A stretch of DNA of 64,000 bases. Origin: Myxococcales bacterium (lineage in GTDB: Bacteria; Myxococcota_A; Polyangia; Polyangiales; DASUME01). The position numbers and the translations under genes were made by a program. Within the stretch, counting starts at the first letter, position 1. Each line of letters begins with the position of its first letter. The stretch lies in contig JASGJH010000001.1 of NCBI GenBank assembly GCA_047601445.1, forward strand, positions 1,280,001 through 1,344,000. Reading direction: 5' to 3'. This document shows, piece by piece, positions 30,342 through 40,304 of this stretch. The notes beneath the pieces are model-generated. The model worked only from the letters and a program-made list of their open reading frames with translations, searched no databases and was not told the DNA's origin.

Positions 30342-31529
30342 ATGCCCATTTTTTCAGCATTCGAGCCGCCTTCCCGCGTCCTCATGGGCCCCGGGCCTAG
30401 CGACGTCCCCGCCAGCGTGCTGGAGGCGCTGGGCAGGCCCACCATCGGACATCTCGATCCGCGCTTCCTCGGCTTGCTGGACGAGACCCGCAGCATGTTG
30501 CGCGTGTTATTCGGGACCACGAACGAACTCACCATGCCGATGAGCGGCACCGGCTCGGCAGGCATGGAGACCTGCGTGATCAACGTGGTCGAACCGGGGG
30601 ATCGGGTGTTGGTCGGCGTCCACGGCGTGTTCGGGCAACGGCTCGCCGAGGTAGCCAGGCGCGCGGGCGCCGAGGTGGTCGCGGTGGACTGCCCCTGGGG
30701 GCGCGCACTGGACGTCGAGGCCCTCCGCAAGGCTGCCCAGGGACGCAGCTTCAAGCTGGTATGCGTGGTGCACGCGGAGACCTCGACCGGCGCGCTGACG
30801 CCGCTCGCGCCGTTTCGGGAGCTGGCAGACGAGCTGGGCGCGCTGCTGTTGGTGGACGCCGTGACATCGCTCGGCGGCCTCCCGGTGGAAGTCGATCGCG
30901 CAGGCGTGGATCTGATCTACTCGGGTACGCAAAAGTGCCTGAGCTGCCCGCCCGGTCTCTCGCCGATCAGTCTCTCACAGCGGGCCCAGGAGGTTCTCCA
31001 GCGGCGCAAGATCGCGGTGCAGAGCTGGTACCTGGATCTGAGCCTGATCGCCCGCTACTGGGGCGGCGAGCGGCTCTATCATCACACCGCGCCCATCAAC
31101 ATGCTGTACGGCTTGCACGAGGCGCTGCGGCTCTGTCTCGCGGAGGGCCTCGAAGCGCGTTACGCGCGGCATGCGCTTCACAGTCGCGCGCTGGCAGCCG
31201 GCCTGGAGGCGCTCGGGCTCACGCTGCCTGTGCCGGCGGCGGAGCGCCTGCCGCCGCTGACCTTGGTGAGCATCCCACCGAGCATCGACGACGCCCGCAC
31301 CCGGCGTCAGCTCCTGGAGCAATACGGCATCGAGATCGGTGGCGGACTCGGAGCCTTCAAGGGCAATGCCTGGCGCATCGGGTTGATGGGTGCGAGTTCG
31401 ACGCGTCGCCACGTCATGCTGTGCCTTGCGGCCCTCGGCGACGTGCTGGGACAGCAGGGCCATCGCGCGCCGCGAGATGCGCTTGCGGCCGCCCAGGCGA
31501 GCTACGGCGAAGGCGCCACGAACACCTGA
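30342..31529 (+). CDS. Alanine-glyoxylate/serine-pyruvate aminotransferase (class V)
   Basis: [30 protein letters not shown] (PLP Lys), YHHTAP and WRIGLMG motifs. Confidence 0.93.
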   Translation: MPIFSAFEPPSRVLMGPGPSDVPASVLEALGRPTIGHLDPRFLGLLDETRSMLRVLFGTTNELTMPMSGTGSAGMETCVINVVEPGDRVLVGVHGVFGQRLAEVARRAGAEVVAVDCPWGRALDVEALRKAAQGRSFKLVCVVHAETSTGALTPLAPFRELADELGALLLVDAVTSLGGLPVEVDRAGVDLIYSGTQKCLSCPPGLSPISLSQRAQEVLQRRKIAVQSWYLDLSLIARYWGGERLYHHTAPINMLYGLHEALRLCLAEGLEARYARHALHSRALAAGLEALGLTLPVPAAERLPPLTLVSIPPSIDDARTRRQLLEQYGIEIGGGLGAFKGNAWRIGLMGASSTRRHVMLCLAALGDVLGQQGHRAPRDALAAAQASYGEGATNT

Positions 31530-32821
31530 ACGCCGAACGCCCCGTAGCCTTTGAAGGCCTTGGCGCGCAGGGTCCAGGTTCCGCTGACGTCCGCGCACAC
31601 GCGCTGCATGTTGATGCTGTTTTGCTCCTGGGCGCGGGCGACCGTGTTGCCGCGTTGGTCGAGCACCTCGAGCTCCAACGCGCGGAGCGATGGAACTCCC
31701 GCCGCCACCGCCAGATAGCAGCGCCCGCCCACGACCTCGAAGTGGCTCGTGTGAACGTCGTTGGTGGCAAGCTGCCCGTTCTCGAAGGCCATGGCAGCCG
31801 CCTTGGCCCCTTGATTGCGGTGGATGTCGCGCATGCGCGTGGCCACCAACGCATCGCCCTTGCCTCCCACGGGCCAGCGCGCTTCGAGCTCGGGGTTGGG
31901 TCCGCCGAAGAGCTGCCAGGCCGCGCGTGCGGTCCCGACGCTGGTGCGCAACGTGAGCGCATGGGCACCACCCTGCTTCGGGCAGAAGTTCTGGGCATCG
32001 GGCAGCGCGACCTCGGACTTACCGCGCGCGGTCGCGACTACGCTGCCCTTCGGATCGATCAGGGTTAGTTCGAGCTCGCTGTCTGCCGAGTCCGTCGCCG
32101 ACAGCACGCGGTAACACTGGTCCGCAGCAAGCACGACCTCGCGCTTACGCGGCGAGTCGGCCGACACGTCCTCTTCGCGCACCGGCGTCATCGCGGCGAG
32201 GCCCGCGGCCCGCTTGGCCGCGGCGTTCTGCACGCGCTTGCTCGGGCTGGGCTGCGGTGGGACGGGTTTCGCTGCGTCGGCGGGGGACGCCTTCGTCGAG
32301 TCTTGTGCAACTCCGGCAGCCTGAGTAGCAGGAGCAACCGCAGTCTCCGTGCTGACCACCCCCCACACGCCGAGCGCAAAGTGCGCGGCCTGCTCGCTGT
32401 GGAGACGAACCGTCAGCTTCTCGTCGGCCGTGCCGCTGCAGTAGCGGATGGCCGCGTTGGGCCCGCTCGCATCGTCCGCCAGCGTGGGGCCCCCCTTGAC
32501 CTCCAGGCTCAGCGTCACGTCGGGCACCGCTTCGTCGACGCTCGCCGCCGCGACGACGCACTGTTTCGAGGCGAGCTTGAGGCTGACGGTCTGCCCCGCG
32601 TTCTTGGCGAGCTTGCCGTGCTTCTCGACCAGGCGCTCGGCCGATGCGCCCTTGCCCTGGGCGAGCTGCTCGGCGCGGCCCAGCGCGTCGGGCGCGGCCG
32701 AAGCGGTCCCGGCCCAACCACCGAGCCCGAGGATGAGCGCGGCCAGGGACGTGAAAGGCCGCGCCCCACGCAGGGGAAGCGGCGAAACGAAGGAAGGGCG
32801 GAGGTGCTTGGTGGTGGACAT
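31502..32821 (-). CDS. Secreted hypothetical protein with three Cys-paired beta-rich repeat domains
   Basis: Signal peptide ending ASA; three ~100 aa units (KQCVV..RYC, DQCYR..NFC, GRCYL..RVC). Confidence 0.7.
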   Translation of the reverse strand: MSTTKHLRPSFVSPLPLRGARPFTSLAALILGLGGWAGTASAAPDALGRAEQLAQGKGASAERLVEKHGKLAKNAGQTVSLKLASKQCVVAAASVDEAVPDVTLSLEVKGGPTLADDASGPNAAIRYCSGTADEKLTVRLHSEQAAHFALGVWGVVSTETAVAPATQAAGVAQDSTKASPADAAKPVPPQPSPSKRVQNAAAKRAAGLAAMTPVREEDVSADSPRKREVVLAADQCYRVLSATDSADSELELTLIDPKGSVVATARGKSEVALPDAQNFCPKQGGAHALTLRTSVGTARAAWQLFGGPNPELEARWPVGGKGDALVATRMRDIHRNQGAKAAAMAFENGQLATNDVHTSHFEVVGGRCYLAVAAGVPSLRALELEVLDQRGNTVARAQEQNSINMQRVCADVSGTWTLRAKAFKGYGAFGVQVFVAPSP

Positions 32822-33002
32822 CGGAGCCTATGACGCGCGGGGGCCGCACTTGTTCGCGCGGCCGCCGGGGCTGGGATGGGCCGGAATCTTGCTGCAAGTC
32901 AGCTGGATTCACATCGAAAAACCGCGAGTGTAACCCACCCCACCTTGCACTTTTTTGGGGTTGAACCAATCGCGTCGTTCGCCCAGCCTACACGTGCCAG
33001 AC

Positions 33003-34589
33003 ATGTCGAAGGCACTCCCACAATTCGGCTCCTACGAGGCCGTGCGTCGGCTCGGAGCAGGCGGCATGGCCGAGACCTTCGTCGCCGTGCGCCGCGGGCC
33101 GGGCGGGTTCGAGCAGAAGGTCTGCATCAAGCGCGTGCTCCCCGCCTATGCCGAGGACCAGGAATTCGTCGAGGCCTTCCTCCGGGAGGCCAGGACCTCT
33201 GCCACGCTGCGACACGCCAACATCGTACAGGTCCTGGACTTCGGTCTGGCCGAGGGCTCCTACTACCTGGCGCTCGAGCTCATCGACGGCCTCGATTTGC
33301 GCGCTTTGCTGCAAGCGCAGGGCGACGCGGGGCGCCGCCGGCTCAGCGCAGACGTGGTCAGCTTGGTGGCCGGAGAGCTTGGCGCCGCGCTCGAACACGC
33401 CCATGCCAGCGACGACGAGCGCGGCTCCGTGGTGCACCGTGACGTGTCCCCTTCGAACGTGCTGGTGAGCCCCGCCGGCGAGGTCAAGCTCACGGACTTC
33501 GGCATCGCCCGCGCGCTCGGCGGCACGCACCTCACCAGGACCGGCGTCATCAAGGGCAAGATCCCCTACCTGCCTCCCGAGTACATCGAGCGCGGCGAGT
33601 TCGATCAACGTGGCGATCTGTTCTCGCTCGGTGTGTTGCTATTCGAGCTCTTGGCCGGGGTGCGGCCCTTCGACGGTGAATCCGATTTGGACACGGTCCG
33701 CCGCATCGTGGACGGCGAGCGTTCGACCCTGGCCGAACTCGCGCCCGAAGCGCCCGCCGCGCTGGTCGACTGCGTAGAGCGCTTGTTGGCCCATGCCTCC
33801 GCAGAGCGTTTCGCCTCGGCCAGTGAGTTCGTGGATGCGCTCCCGGCCTCGAGCACCCATGCCGCGCGCCGCGAGTTGGGGGCGCTCGTCGACGAGCGGG
33901 TGCGCGCACAGCGGGCGAGCGGGCGGCTGCCCGCGAAGTCGGTACCGCCAGTCCAGGTTGCCGCTGAAGACCCGGGCCAGGCCCCGACGCTCACCGCACC
34001 GCCTCCCCAGGGGCCAACCCGGATCGCAGTGCCCACTCCCGCCACGCGCACGCACAAGCCGCCGCGCAAGCAGCCAAGTCGCGGTCGTAAGGGGCCGCTG
34101 GTGGCGCTCGGGGGCGCAGGGGCCGCGCTGCTGGCCTTGTTGGTGGCGATGGCCTTCAAGGGGACCGATGCAATCGCCGGTGCCCACGCCGCTGAGCCCG
34201 AAACCCGCCGTGCGCGAAGCCCAGCCGCAAGCCCCGACTCGTCGCCCGCGCAAGCAAGCCCCAGCTCGCCTACCCTCGGCCCCAGCACGATCACTCTGGC
34301 GGCCACGCCGCCTACCGCGCGGCAGCTCGTGTCGGCTCCGGCCACGCCCGCTCCTGAGGCGGAGCGCACAGCGCGCGCTCCGGCCGAGCTCCGCGTGGTG
34401 GTCTTTCCATTCGGCGACGTGTGGGTCGATGGCAAGTCACTCGGACACGCGCCAGTGTCCATCAAGTTGCCCGCGGGTCCCCACGAGATAGGCGTCGGCG
34501 ACGGCCGCCCCGATCAGCGTCGCTCCCTGGTGCTGCACGCTGGCCAGCACGAAAACCTGGTCTTTCGCCGCGAAATAGACGCGCGCTGA
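33003..34589 (+). CDS. Transmembrane Ser/Thr protein kinase with a C-terminal PEGA-like domain
   Basis: GAGGMAETF, HRDVSPSN, DFG and PPE motifs; TM segment; VWVDGKSLGHAPVSIKLPAGPHEI. Confidence 0.92.
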   Translation: MSKALPQFGSYEAVRRLGAGGMAETFVAVRRGPGGFEQKVCIKRVLPAYAEDQEFVEAFLREARTSATLRHANIVQVLDFGLAEGSYYLALELIDGLDLRALLQAQGDAGRRRLSADVVSLVAGELGAALEHAHASDDERGSVVHRDVSPSNVLVSPAGEVKLTDFGIARALGGTHLTRTGVIKGKIPYLPPEYIERGEFDQRGDLFSLGVLLFELLAGVRPFDGESDLDTVRRIVDGERSTLAELAPEAPAALVDCVERLLAHASAERFASASEFVDALPASSTHAARRELGALVDERVRAQRASGRLPAKSVPPVQVAAEDPGQAPTLTAPPPQGPTRIAVPTPATRTHKPPRKQPSRGRKGPLVALGGAGAALLALLVAMAFKGTDAIAGAHAAEPETRRARSPAASPDSSPAQASPSSPTLGPSTITLAATPPTARQLVSAPATPAPEAERTARAPAELRVVVFPFGDVWVDGKSLGHAPVSIKLPAGPHEIGVGDGRPDQRRSLVLHAGQHENLVFRREIDAR

Positions 34590-34637
34590 GGAGAGGAGCT
34601 CCTCCGCTCAGCGCGCTCGAACAGCAGCCAGGCGAGC

Positions 34638-36602
34638 TCAGGTCTCTTCGAGTGCCGTCTCGCGCTGCTGCTCCAGCAGCCCCACGCTGATGGCCAGCGC
34701 CTTGCGCACGCGCTCGAGCAACTCGCTGTCGGACGCCAGCTTGTCGCTCTGACGCTTCACCTGGCCCTGCGAATCGGCCAACGCCCCCTCGAGTTCCACG
34801 ATGCGCGCGGTCTGCTGCGCTTCGGTGCGCTCGTGGGACGCGATGCTGGCGCGCGCCGCCGAGAGCTCGTTCTGGGCCCGGTCGCGCTCTTCGGTGCGCC
34901 CCTGCAGATCGCCCTCGAGACCCGCGATCTTGCCGCGCAGAGTGGCTTCCATCTCCTGCTTGGCCTGCTCCGTCTCCTCGAGGCGCTCCCCGAGCAGAGC
35001 TCCCTTGGACTCGGCCTCGCTGAGCTTGCGTCCGAGGATCGCCAGCTCCTTGCCGTGCTTGTCTTCGACGTCCTTGAGCGCAGCGGCCTGACGTGCCTCG
35101 AGCTCCTTGCGCAGCCCCTCGAGCGCCGCGTTCTTGGCGGTCTCGGCGTCGCCGAGCTTGCGCGCGAGATCCGTCGCGTGCTGTGCAGCAGCCTCGTCCA
35201 GGGCGCCAGCCTTCTCGGCGGCGGCGTCAGCCAAAGCGCGCGCGAGGGCCGCGTCGGCCGCGGCCCGGGTCTCGCTGAGGGTGTTGGCGTGCTGCGTCTT
35301 GAGCTCTTCCGTGGCTCGCGCGTGGTTCGCGTTGAGGCCGGTGATCTCGTCGGCGCGGGCGGCGCGCTCGTCGGAGAGCTCCTGCTTGTTCTTCGCCTCG
35401 AGCGCCGACACGGCGTCACCGTGCTTGGTCTCCAGGTCGGAAACCTGCATCGCGTGGGACGCACGCAGACGCGCCGTCTCGGCCGCGGCAGAGCCTTCGA
35501 GGTCGCTCACCTTGCGCTCGTGGGCCGCCTTGAGCTCGCTGGTCTCGCTGGCGTGCGAGGTGCGGGCCGTGTCGAGCTCGTCCTCGAGCTTCTTGCCCTT
35601 CTCCTCGGCGCGCCCGAGGCGCCCCTTGAGATCTTCGAGGCGCTTGTTGACGGCTTCGCGATCGGTTTCGTAGGCCTTGATCTTGGCGTGCGCCTCGTCG
35701 AGCTGACGCTGCGTGCCAGACAGTTCGTCGTGCAGGTTGGCCTGGGCACGCTCGAGCTCGAGAGCCTTGTCGCTGCCATCGAGGAGCTGGCGGTCGCGTG
35801 TGGTGACCTCGTCGCGCAGCGCCAGGATCTCCTTGTCCTTGCGGTTGAGCTGCTCGCGCATCTCGAGGTAATCGCGGCTCGACACGCCTGCACCAGGCGG
35901 CGCCACGCTGTTGCGCACAGGCCGCTTCTCGCTCTCGGCAGCCTTCTTTTCGGCGCTCTCCGCTCGCTTCTCGGCGCTCTCGGCGCGCGCCGTCAGCTGC
36001 TCCAGCTGACTCTTGAGCTTGCTGAGCTCCTCACTGTTCGCCGGGGCAGCCACCGCTGCGGGCGCGGGCGGAGCGGCCGGTGCGGGAGCCGGCGCAGGCG
36101 GTGCCTTCGCCGCGACGGGCTTGGGCTCACTCTGCACGAGATCGTCGAAGGCGCTGTCGGCGAACGCGTCGATGTCTGCATCCACGTCGATGGAGTCGGT
36201 TGAGGGCACGGCGCTTTGCCTTTCGAGTGGAACAAGGGGAGTGAGCTTCGAGACCAGGTCGTCGAACGCCACCGGCAACTTCACGTACTCGTCCGCGCGA
36301 CGCTTCAGCTTCTTGTGAGCCTCGAACTGCTCCGAGAGTTGGGAGCCGCCCATGATGACGAACGGGATCTTCGACAGATCGTCGTCGCTCTTGAAGCGCT
36401 TGCAGACCAGGAAAGCTTCGCCAGGCGCGTTCATCGCGTCCGCAGACAGCAACACCAATGCGGTCGGCTGCGCTTTTGCGCGCGCAAAACTCGCGTCGCC
36501 ATCCTGCACTACCTCGACCGCAGCTCCGTATTGGCTGAATCCACTTTCGAGCTCCCGAAGAAAATTCGTGTCTTTCTCCAACACGAGAATGCGCTGGGCC
36601 AT
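34638..36602 (-). CDS. frzS: FrzS-like protein: pseudo-receiver domain plus long coiled coil
   Basis: Receiver lacking the phospho-Asp (LVLLSAD); CKRFKSDDDLSKIP and FEAHKKLKRRADEYVKLP closely match M. xanthus FrzS as I recall it; Pro/Ala linker; ~450 aa of heptad repeats. Confidence 0.82.
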   Translation of the reverse strand: MAQRILVLEKDTNFLRELESGFSQYGAAVEVVQDGDASFARAKAQPTALVLLSADAMNAPGEAFLVCKRFKSDDDLSKIPFVIMGGSQLSEQFEAHKKLKRRADEYVKLPVAFDDLVSKLTPLVPLERQSAVPSTDSIDVDADIDAFADSAFDDLVQSEPKPVAAKAPPAPAPAPAAPPAPAAVAAPANSEELSKLKSQLEQLTARAESAEKRAESAEKKAAESEKRPVRNSVAPPGAGVSSRDYLEMREQLNRKDKEILALRDEVTTRDRQLLDGSDKALELERAQANLHDELSGTQRQLDEAHAKIKAYETDREAVNKRLEDLKGRLGRAEEKGKKLEDELDTARTSHASETSELKAAHERKVSDLEGSAAAETARLRASHAMQVSDLETKHGDAVSALEAKNKQELSDERAARADEITGLNANHARATEELKTQHANTLSETRAAADAALARALADAAAEKAGALDEAAAQHATDLARKLGDAETAKNAALEGLRKELEARQAAALKDVEDKHGKELAILGRKLSEAESKGALLGERLEETEQAKQEMEATLRGKIAGLEGDLQGRTEERDRAQNELSAARASIASHERTEAQQTARIVELEGALADSQGQVKRQSDKLASDSELLERVRKALAISVGLLEQQRETALEET

Positions 36603-36838
36603 GCCTGCTCCTGGCCGAACCGTTCGTTCGGCTACTGCCCCGCGGCCTGCCGTAAATCGGCCGGTCGTAGATCCTCTGGGCGTCGTTCCGCCACGACGCG
36701 CCACCACCGCGAGACTCGATTTGGGAGGATAGTGGTCTCGGGTCTTCGGTGTCAACGCGTACACACGGCGAAACCGCGCGCGTTTTCGGAGCTTTACGGC
36801 GGGAGACTCGGCGGCCGCTCAGGAGCGGCGCTCAGACC

Positions 36839-37618
36839 TCAGCGGAGTGACGCGCGGGCGGCCATCCGCAGCGGATCTTCCGAGTTCGAATCGCCTACTA
36901 CCGCATACACGACGCCCTCGTGCTCCACGAGCGGGACCAGGTGCCCTGCCACACGCACGTAACGCAGGGTCCGACCCGCGGCCTGGGCTTGCTCCCCCAC
37001 CGGCTCGGCCTGGGGTGGCAAGCGAAACGCCACCACCGTGACCCGCCGCCCCGAGGGCGCCTCGTAGCGCAGGGTGACCGCCTTGCGCCCGCCAACCTCC
37101 GCGTGGCGCGCGCCCACGAAGTGCAGTGACGGATCGGCGAACTGCACGGGTCGCACTGGAAATCCCACGCGATCCTGGAAGTACGCAGGCACCTGATCGC
37201 CTTGGGCCACCTCGGCAGGATAGGAGCGTGAGTGGGCCCGCACCACGTCTTCGAACAGGGAGGACACCATGCCCGCTTGCACGGTGCGCCCCTTCATCTC
37301 CAACGCGCCCCCTACCCCGAACACGCACAGCGCCATGGCCGCAGCGGCTGCCGTTTGCCGCCAGCTACCGTCGAGCTGCCGGAACCCCGTCGATTGGGCC
37401 TCCTCGCGGATGGCGCCCTGCACGCGCATGCGGAGCTCTGCGGGTGCCTTCACCTTGGCTTCGCTCTTCAAGCTGGCTTTCAGCCAGCGCGCCACCTTCA
37501 CGCGTTCGCTGCACTCGCGGCACGCGTCGAGGTGGGTCTCGATCTCGGCCACCGCCAAGCCCTCGAACTCACGGTCCACGAAGGCGTCCAGGCAGCTCTC
37601 TACGCACGCGCAGTTCAT
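36839..37618 (-). CDS. Zinc-finger (zf-HC2) transmembrane anti-sigma factor
   Basis: N-terminal Cys plus HLDACREC (HxxxCxxC), a TM segment and an extracytoplasmic domain; overlaps the sigma gene stop by 4 nt. Confidence 0.9.
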   Translation of the reverse strand: MNCACVESCLDAFVDREFEGLAVAEIETHLDACRECSERVKVARWLKASLKSEAKVKAPAELRMRVQGAIREEAQSTGFRQLDGSWRQTAAAAAMALCVFGVGGALEMKGRTVQAGMVSSLFEDVVRAHSRSYPAEVAQGDQVPAYFQDRVGFPVRPVQFADPSLHFVGARHAEVGGRKAVTLRYEAPSGRRVTVVAFRLPPQAEPVGEQAQAAGRTLRYVRVAGHLVPLVEHEGVVYAVVGDSNSEDPLRMAARASLR

Positions 37619-38301
37619 CGACGCGCCCCCAACTTCTTCTGGCGATACGCCTCGAAATTCACCGGCTCGGAGCTCTCCACGGTCTCGCTAGCTGGTGCCT
37701 CCTCGGCTGGGGCCGCGCTGGTTGGTGCCACGATGCCCATCTGCACCGCCTGCTCGTAGAGCTGCTTCTGGAGCAGCTTGCGGGCGCGGTGCAGGCGCGA
37801 CATCACGGTGCCAATCGGTACCCCGAGGGTCTCGGCGATCTCCTTGTAGGAGAGCTCTTCCACGTCGGCGAGCACGATGATCACCCGGTAATCTTCGGGC
37901 AAAGAATCGAGCGCCTCCAGAATTTCTTGGCGTAGGAGCCCCTCTTGGGCGAGGGAGACCGCGTCGTTCAACCCGCGAAGGGACTCCCGACTCATCACCC
38001 CTTCACCCACCGGCGAGCCCTCTTCGTGGTCGAGGGCCCGGCGCTCGCGCGCATGGCGGCGGTAATGGTTGATGAAGTTGTTGGTGAGGATTCGCAGTAG
38101 CCAGGCCTTGAGATTGGTCCCGGGCTGGAAGTGCTCCTGGAAGCGGTAGGCGCGGACCAGGGCATCCTGCACCAGATCCTGCGCCTCATTGGCGTCTCGG
38201 GTCAGGCGTAGCGCGGCGCCATACAGAGCATCCACGTGTTCGAGGGCGCTCTCTTCGAAAGACTGCGGCTCTTTGCGCTTGGGGCGAAGTCCAAAGATCA
38301 T
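37615..38301 (-). CDS. ECF sigma-70 factor, SigR/SigH (ECF12)-like; RpoE1-like
   Basis: AQDLVQD, FQPGTNLKAWLLRILTNNFIN and LSYKEIAETLGVPIGTVMSRLHRAR; start taken at MIFGL with an upstream GGAG. Confidence 0.94.
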   Translation of the reverse strand: MIFGLRPKRKEPQSFEESALEHVDALYGAALRLTRDANEAQDLVQDALVRAYRFQEHFQPGTNLKAWLLRILTNNFINHYRRHARERRALDHEEGSPVGEGVMSRESLRGLNDAVSLAQEGLLRQEILEALDSLPEDYRVIIVLADVEELSYKEIAETLGVPIGTVMSRLHRARKLLQKQLYEQAVQMGIVAPTSAAPAEEAPASETVESSEPVNFEAYRQKKLGARR

Positions 38302-38322
38302 GCGGTGAGGCTCCGTGTGCCC

Positions 38323-38348
38323 AACCATGACTGTGCCGCGCTTATTCC
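38323..38348 (-). promoter_or_regulatory. SigR/SigH-type autoregulatory promoter GGAAT-N18-GTT
   Basis: Minus strand reads GGAAT aagcgcggcacagtcatg GTT, ending ~22 nt before the ATG at 38301. Confidence 0.75.
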
Positions 38349-38397
38349 AACGCGTCACCCTGGCAAAGCACTTTTGGACCCGTGAAATCCGGATGTT

Positions 38398-39021
38398 TTA
38401 GGGGCTGGGAGGCGGGGTTGGGCCGCCTTCTCCGCCCGACTCCGACTCACCGCCGACAGGCGAGTTCGCGCCCTCTTTCGGACCCTTATCACGCTTGCTA
38501 GGAATCAAACGCGATTCCAGCTCTTCGATGCGGGCCTGGAGCCGAGATATCTCACTCGAGAGCTCCCGAAGCGGAGCGACCACGTTCCCAATGACCGCAC
38601 GCAACCGCTCATCGGCCCGCCGCTGCAGGTCTTCGAGGGCTTCGAGGGCGGGCGCGATGACGCGCTTGGGATCCCGTAGATCCTCGGACGTGCGCGGGAT
38701 GAGCCGCCCGACGGGGCCGGCCCGGAACTGCGCCATCAGCCTTTCGCCGCCGGCCTGGATCAAATCTCGCAGGGTCTTGGTGCCGTGCTTGGAGGACTCC
38801 TCCGCGTTCTTCTCGGCTCCGTAGATGATCTGAGCCAAGGTGACGCTGGTCAGGTTCTCCTTGGTGCGATTATCGATAATCTGCACGTCTTCGCCGTTGC
38901 GGACCAACTCGGCGATCTGCGGCAGCGTGACGTAGCGACTGTCACGCGTATCGTAGAGCTTACGGTTCGCGTAGCGCTTGATGACGCGCGGATTCGTGCT
39001 CTGGACCTCTGAATCAGCCAT
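38398..39021 (-). CDS. PhaR-like (PHB_acc_N) DNA-binding domain protein with a coiled coil
   Basis: RVIKRYANRKLYDTRDSRYVTL...TLAQII signature. Confidence 0.9.
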   Translation of the reverse strand: MADSEVQSTNPRVIKRYANRKLYDTRDSRYVTLPQIAELVRNGEDVQIIDNRTKENLTSVTLAQIIYGAEKNAEESSKHGTKTLRDLIQAGGERLMAQFRAGPVGRLIPRTSEDLRDPKRVIAPALEALEDLQRRADERLRAVIGNVVAPLRELSSEISRLQARIEELESRLIPSKRDKGPKEGANSPVGGESESGGEGGPTPPPSP

Positions 39022-39120
39022 AGGCGAGCTTCGGACCAAGTAGCGCGTTCGAGAACCGATGGTCAAGGTGCTCGCCATCATTCGCTCGCTGAAGTTTTTG
39101 GCTATCCTACAAAAAGCCCG

Positions 39121-39930
39121 ATGAACGGCCCTGGTTCCGACACTCCGGCTGCCGATCTTGCCGCCTCTTTGGCGCGCACTTTGGCGGGCCTGCGCGATCC
39201 GTCGGTGCAAGTGGGCTGGGTACGCACCCAGCTCCAGGAGCTCGGCGCCGCGCGTGCGGCCGACGTCTTGACCGTCGTGCTGGCCCGGGCGCAGGAACGG
39301 GGCGAGGTCTACAGCACGCTGCTGCTCCGGGTGTCCCTCGCCCTGAGCGCGGAGAACACGCAGGCTCTCAAACGCGCCATCGCCGGAGTGGCGGAAGTGC
39401 GGGGGCAGCTCGCGCTGGCCCGCTTCCTCGGAGCGAACCTGGAGCGGCCGGACTTCGACGACACGGAGAGCGGCTCCCGGCTCGAGCCGAGCCAGACCGA
39501 CGCCAGCAAACCCGCCGGCAAGCAGCCGGATTTCGGCGGCGGCCGGCCGCTCACGCTGGGGGAGCGCAAGAGCATCGCTCGCAAACGCGACCGCAATTTG
39601 TTAGCTCGCGTACTTCGCGATCCCCATCCGGACGTGATCCGTATCCTGCTCGACAACCCGGCGCTGGTGGAGGACGACGTGGTTCGGCTGTGCGCCCGCC
39701 GACCCGTCCCGGCGCAGGTCTTGGTTCAGGTCTTTCAGCACCCGCGCTGGGTCCTGCGCTACCGCGTGCGACTTGCGCTCGCGCTCAATCCGCACACGCC
39801 GGAGGAGGTGGCCTTGCAGCTCCTGCCGCACCTGGGTCCGGCAGACCTGCGCGAGGTCGCTCAATCGGGTCAGCTATCCGAACGCGTGCGGGAAGCCTGC
39901 AGCGAGCGCAGCGACCGCCCACTGCACTGA
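39121..39930 (+). CDS. Hypothetical helical-repeat protein
   Basis: 269 aa; LRDPHPDVIRILLDNP and ALALNPHTP are leucine-rich-variant-like repeats. Confidence 0.7.
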   Translation: MNGPGSDTPAADLAASLARTLAGLRDPSVQVGWVRTQLQELGAARAADVLTVVLARAQERGEVYSTLLLRVSLALSAENTQALKRAIAGVAEVRGQLALARFLGANLERPDFDDTESGSRLEPSQTDASKPAGKQPDFGGGRPLTLGERKSIARKRDRNLLARVLRDPHPDVIRILLDNPALVEDDVVRLCARRPVPAQVLVQVFQHPRWVLRYRVRLALALNPHTPEEVALQLLPHLGPADLREVAQSGQLSERVREACSERSDRPLH

Positions 39931-39958
39931 GGGGCGGCCGAGGACTCACGCGCCTCGC

Positions 39959-40198
39959 TCAGCTCTTGCGCTCGACCACATCCGCGTCGTGCAGCTTGTC
40001 GTCCAACTTCTGAGCGCTCGACTCGGACTCGACGCGACGGTTCGTGGGGGTCACGTCGATGTCGTCATCGTGGTTCAGGCCGCGCTTGAAGTTCTTGATC
40101 GCCTTCCCAATACCGTCGCCCAGCTGCGGCAGTTTGTTGGCGCCGAACACCAAGAGCACGATCACGAGGATGATGAGTAGCTCTCCCATTCCGGGCAT
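39959..40198 (-). CDS. tatA: Twin-arginine translocase TatA/E subunit
   Basis: [36 protein letters not shown]. Confidence 0.95.
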   Translation of the reverse strand: MPGMGELLIILVIVLLVFGANKLPQLGDGIGKAIKNFKRGLNHDDDIDVTPTNRRVESESSAQKLDDKLHDADVVERKS

Positions 40199-40304
40199 TC
40201 TCACGTTCCGTTCTCCTGGCAAACCGTCACTACAGAAGGGGAGCGTACGCCCCGTCCCCGGTCCGAGCAAGGACAGGTCCAGAACCTGCTAAGAAGCGCA
40301 CACA

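Noticed and set aside
32883..32908. Second GGAAT-N18 site upstream of the PEGA kinase
   Set aside because: The -10 reads GAT rather than GTT; insufficient support.
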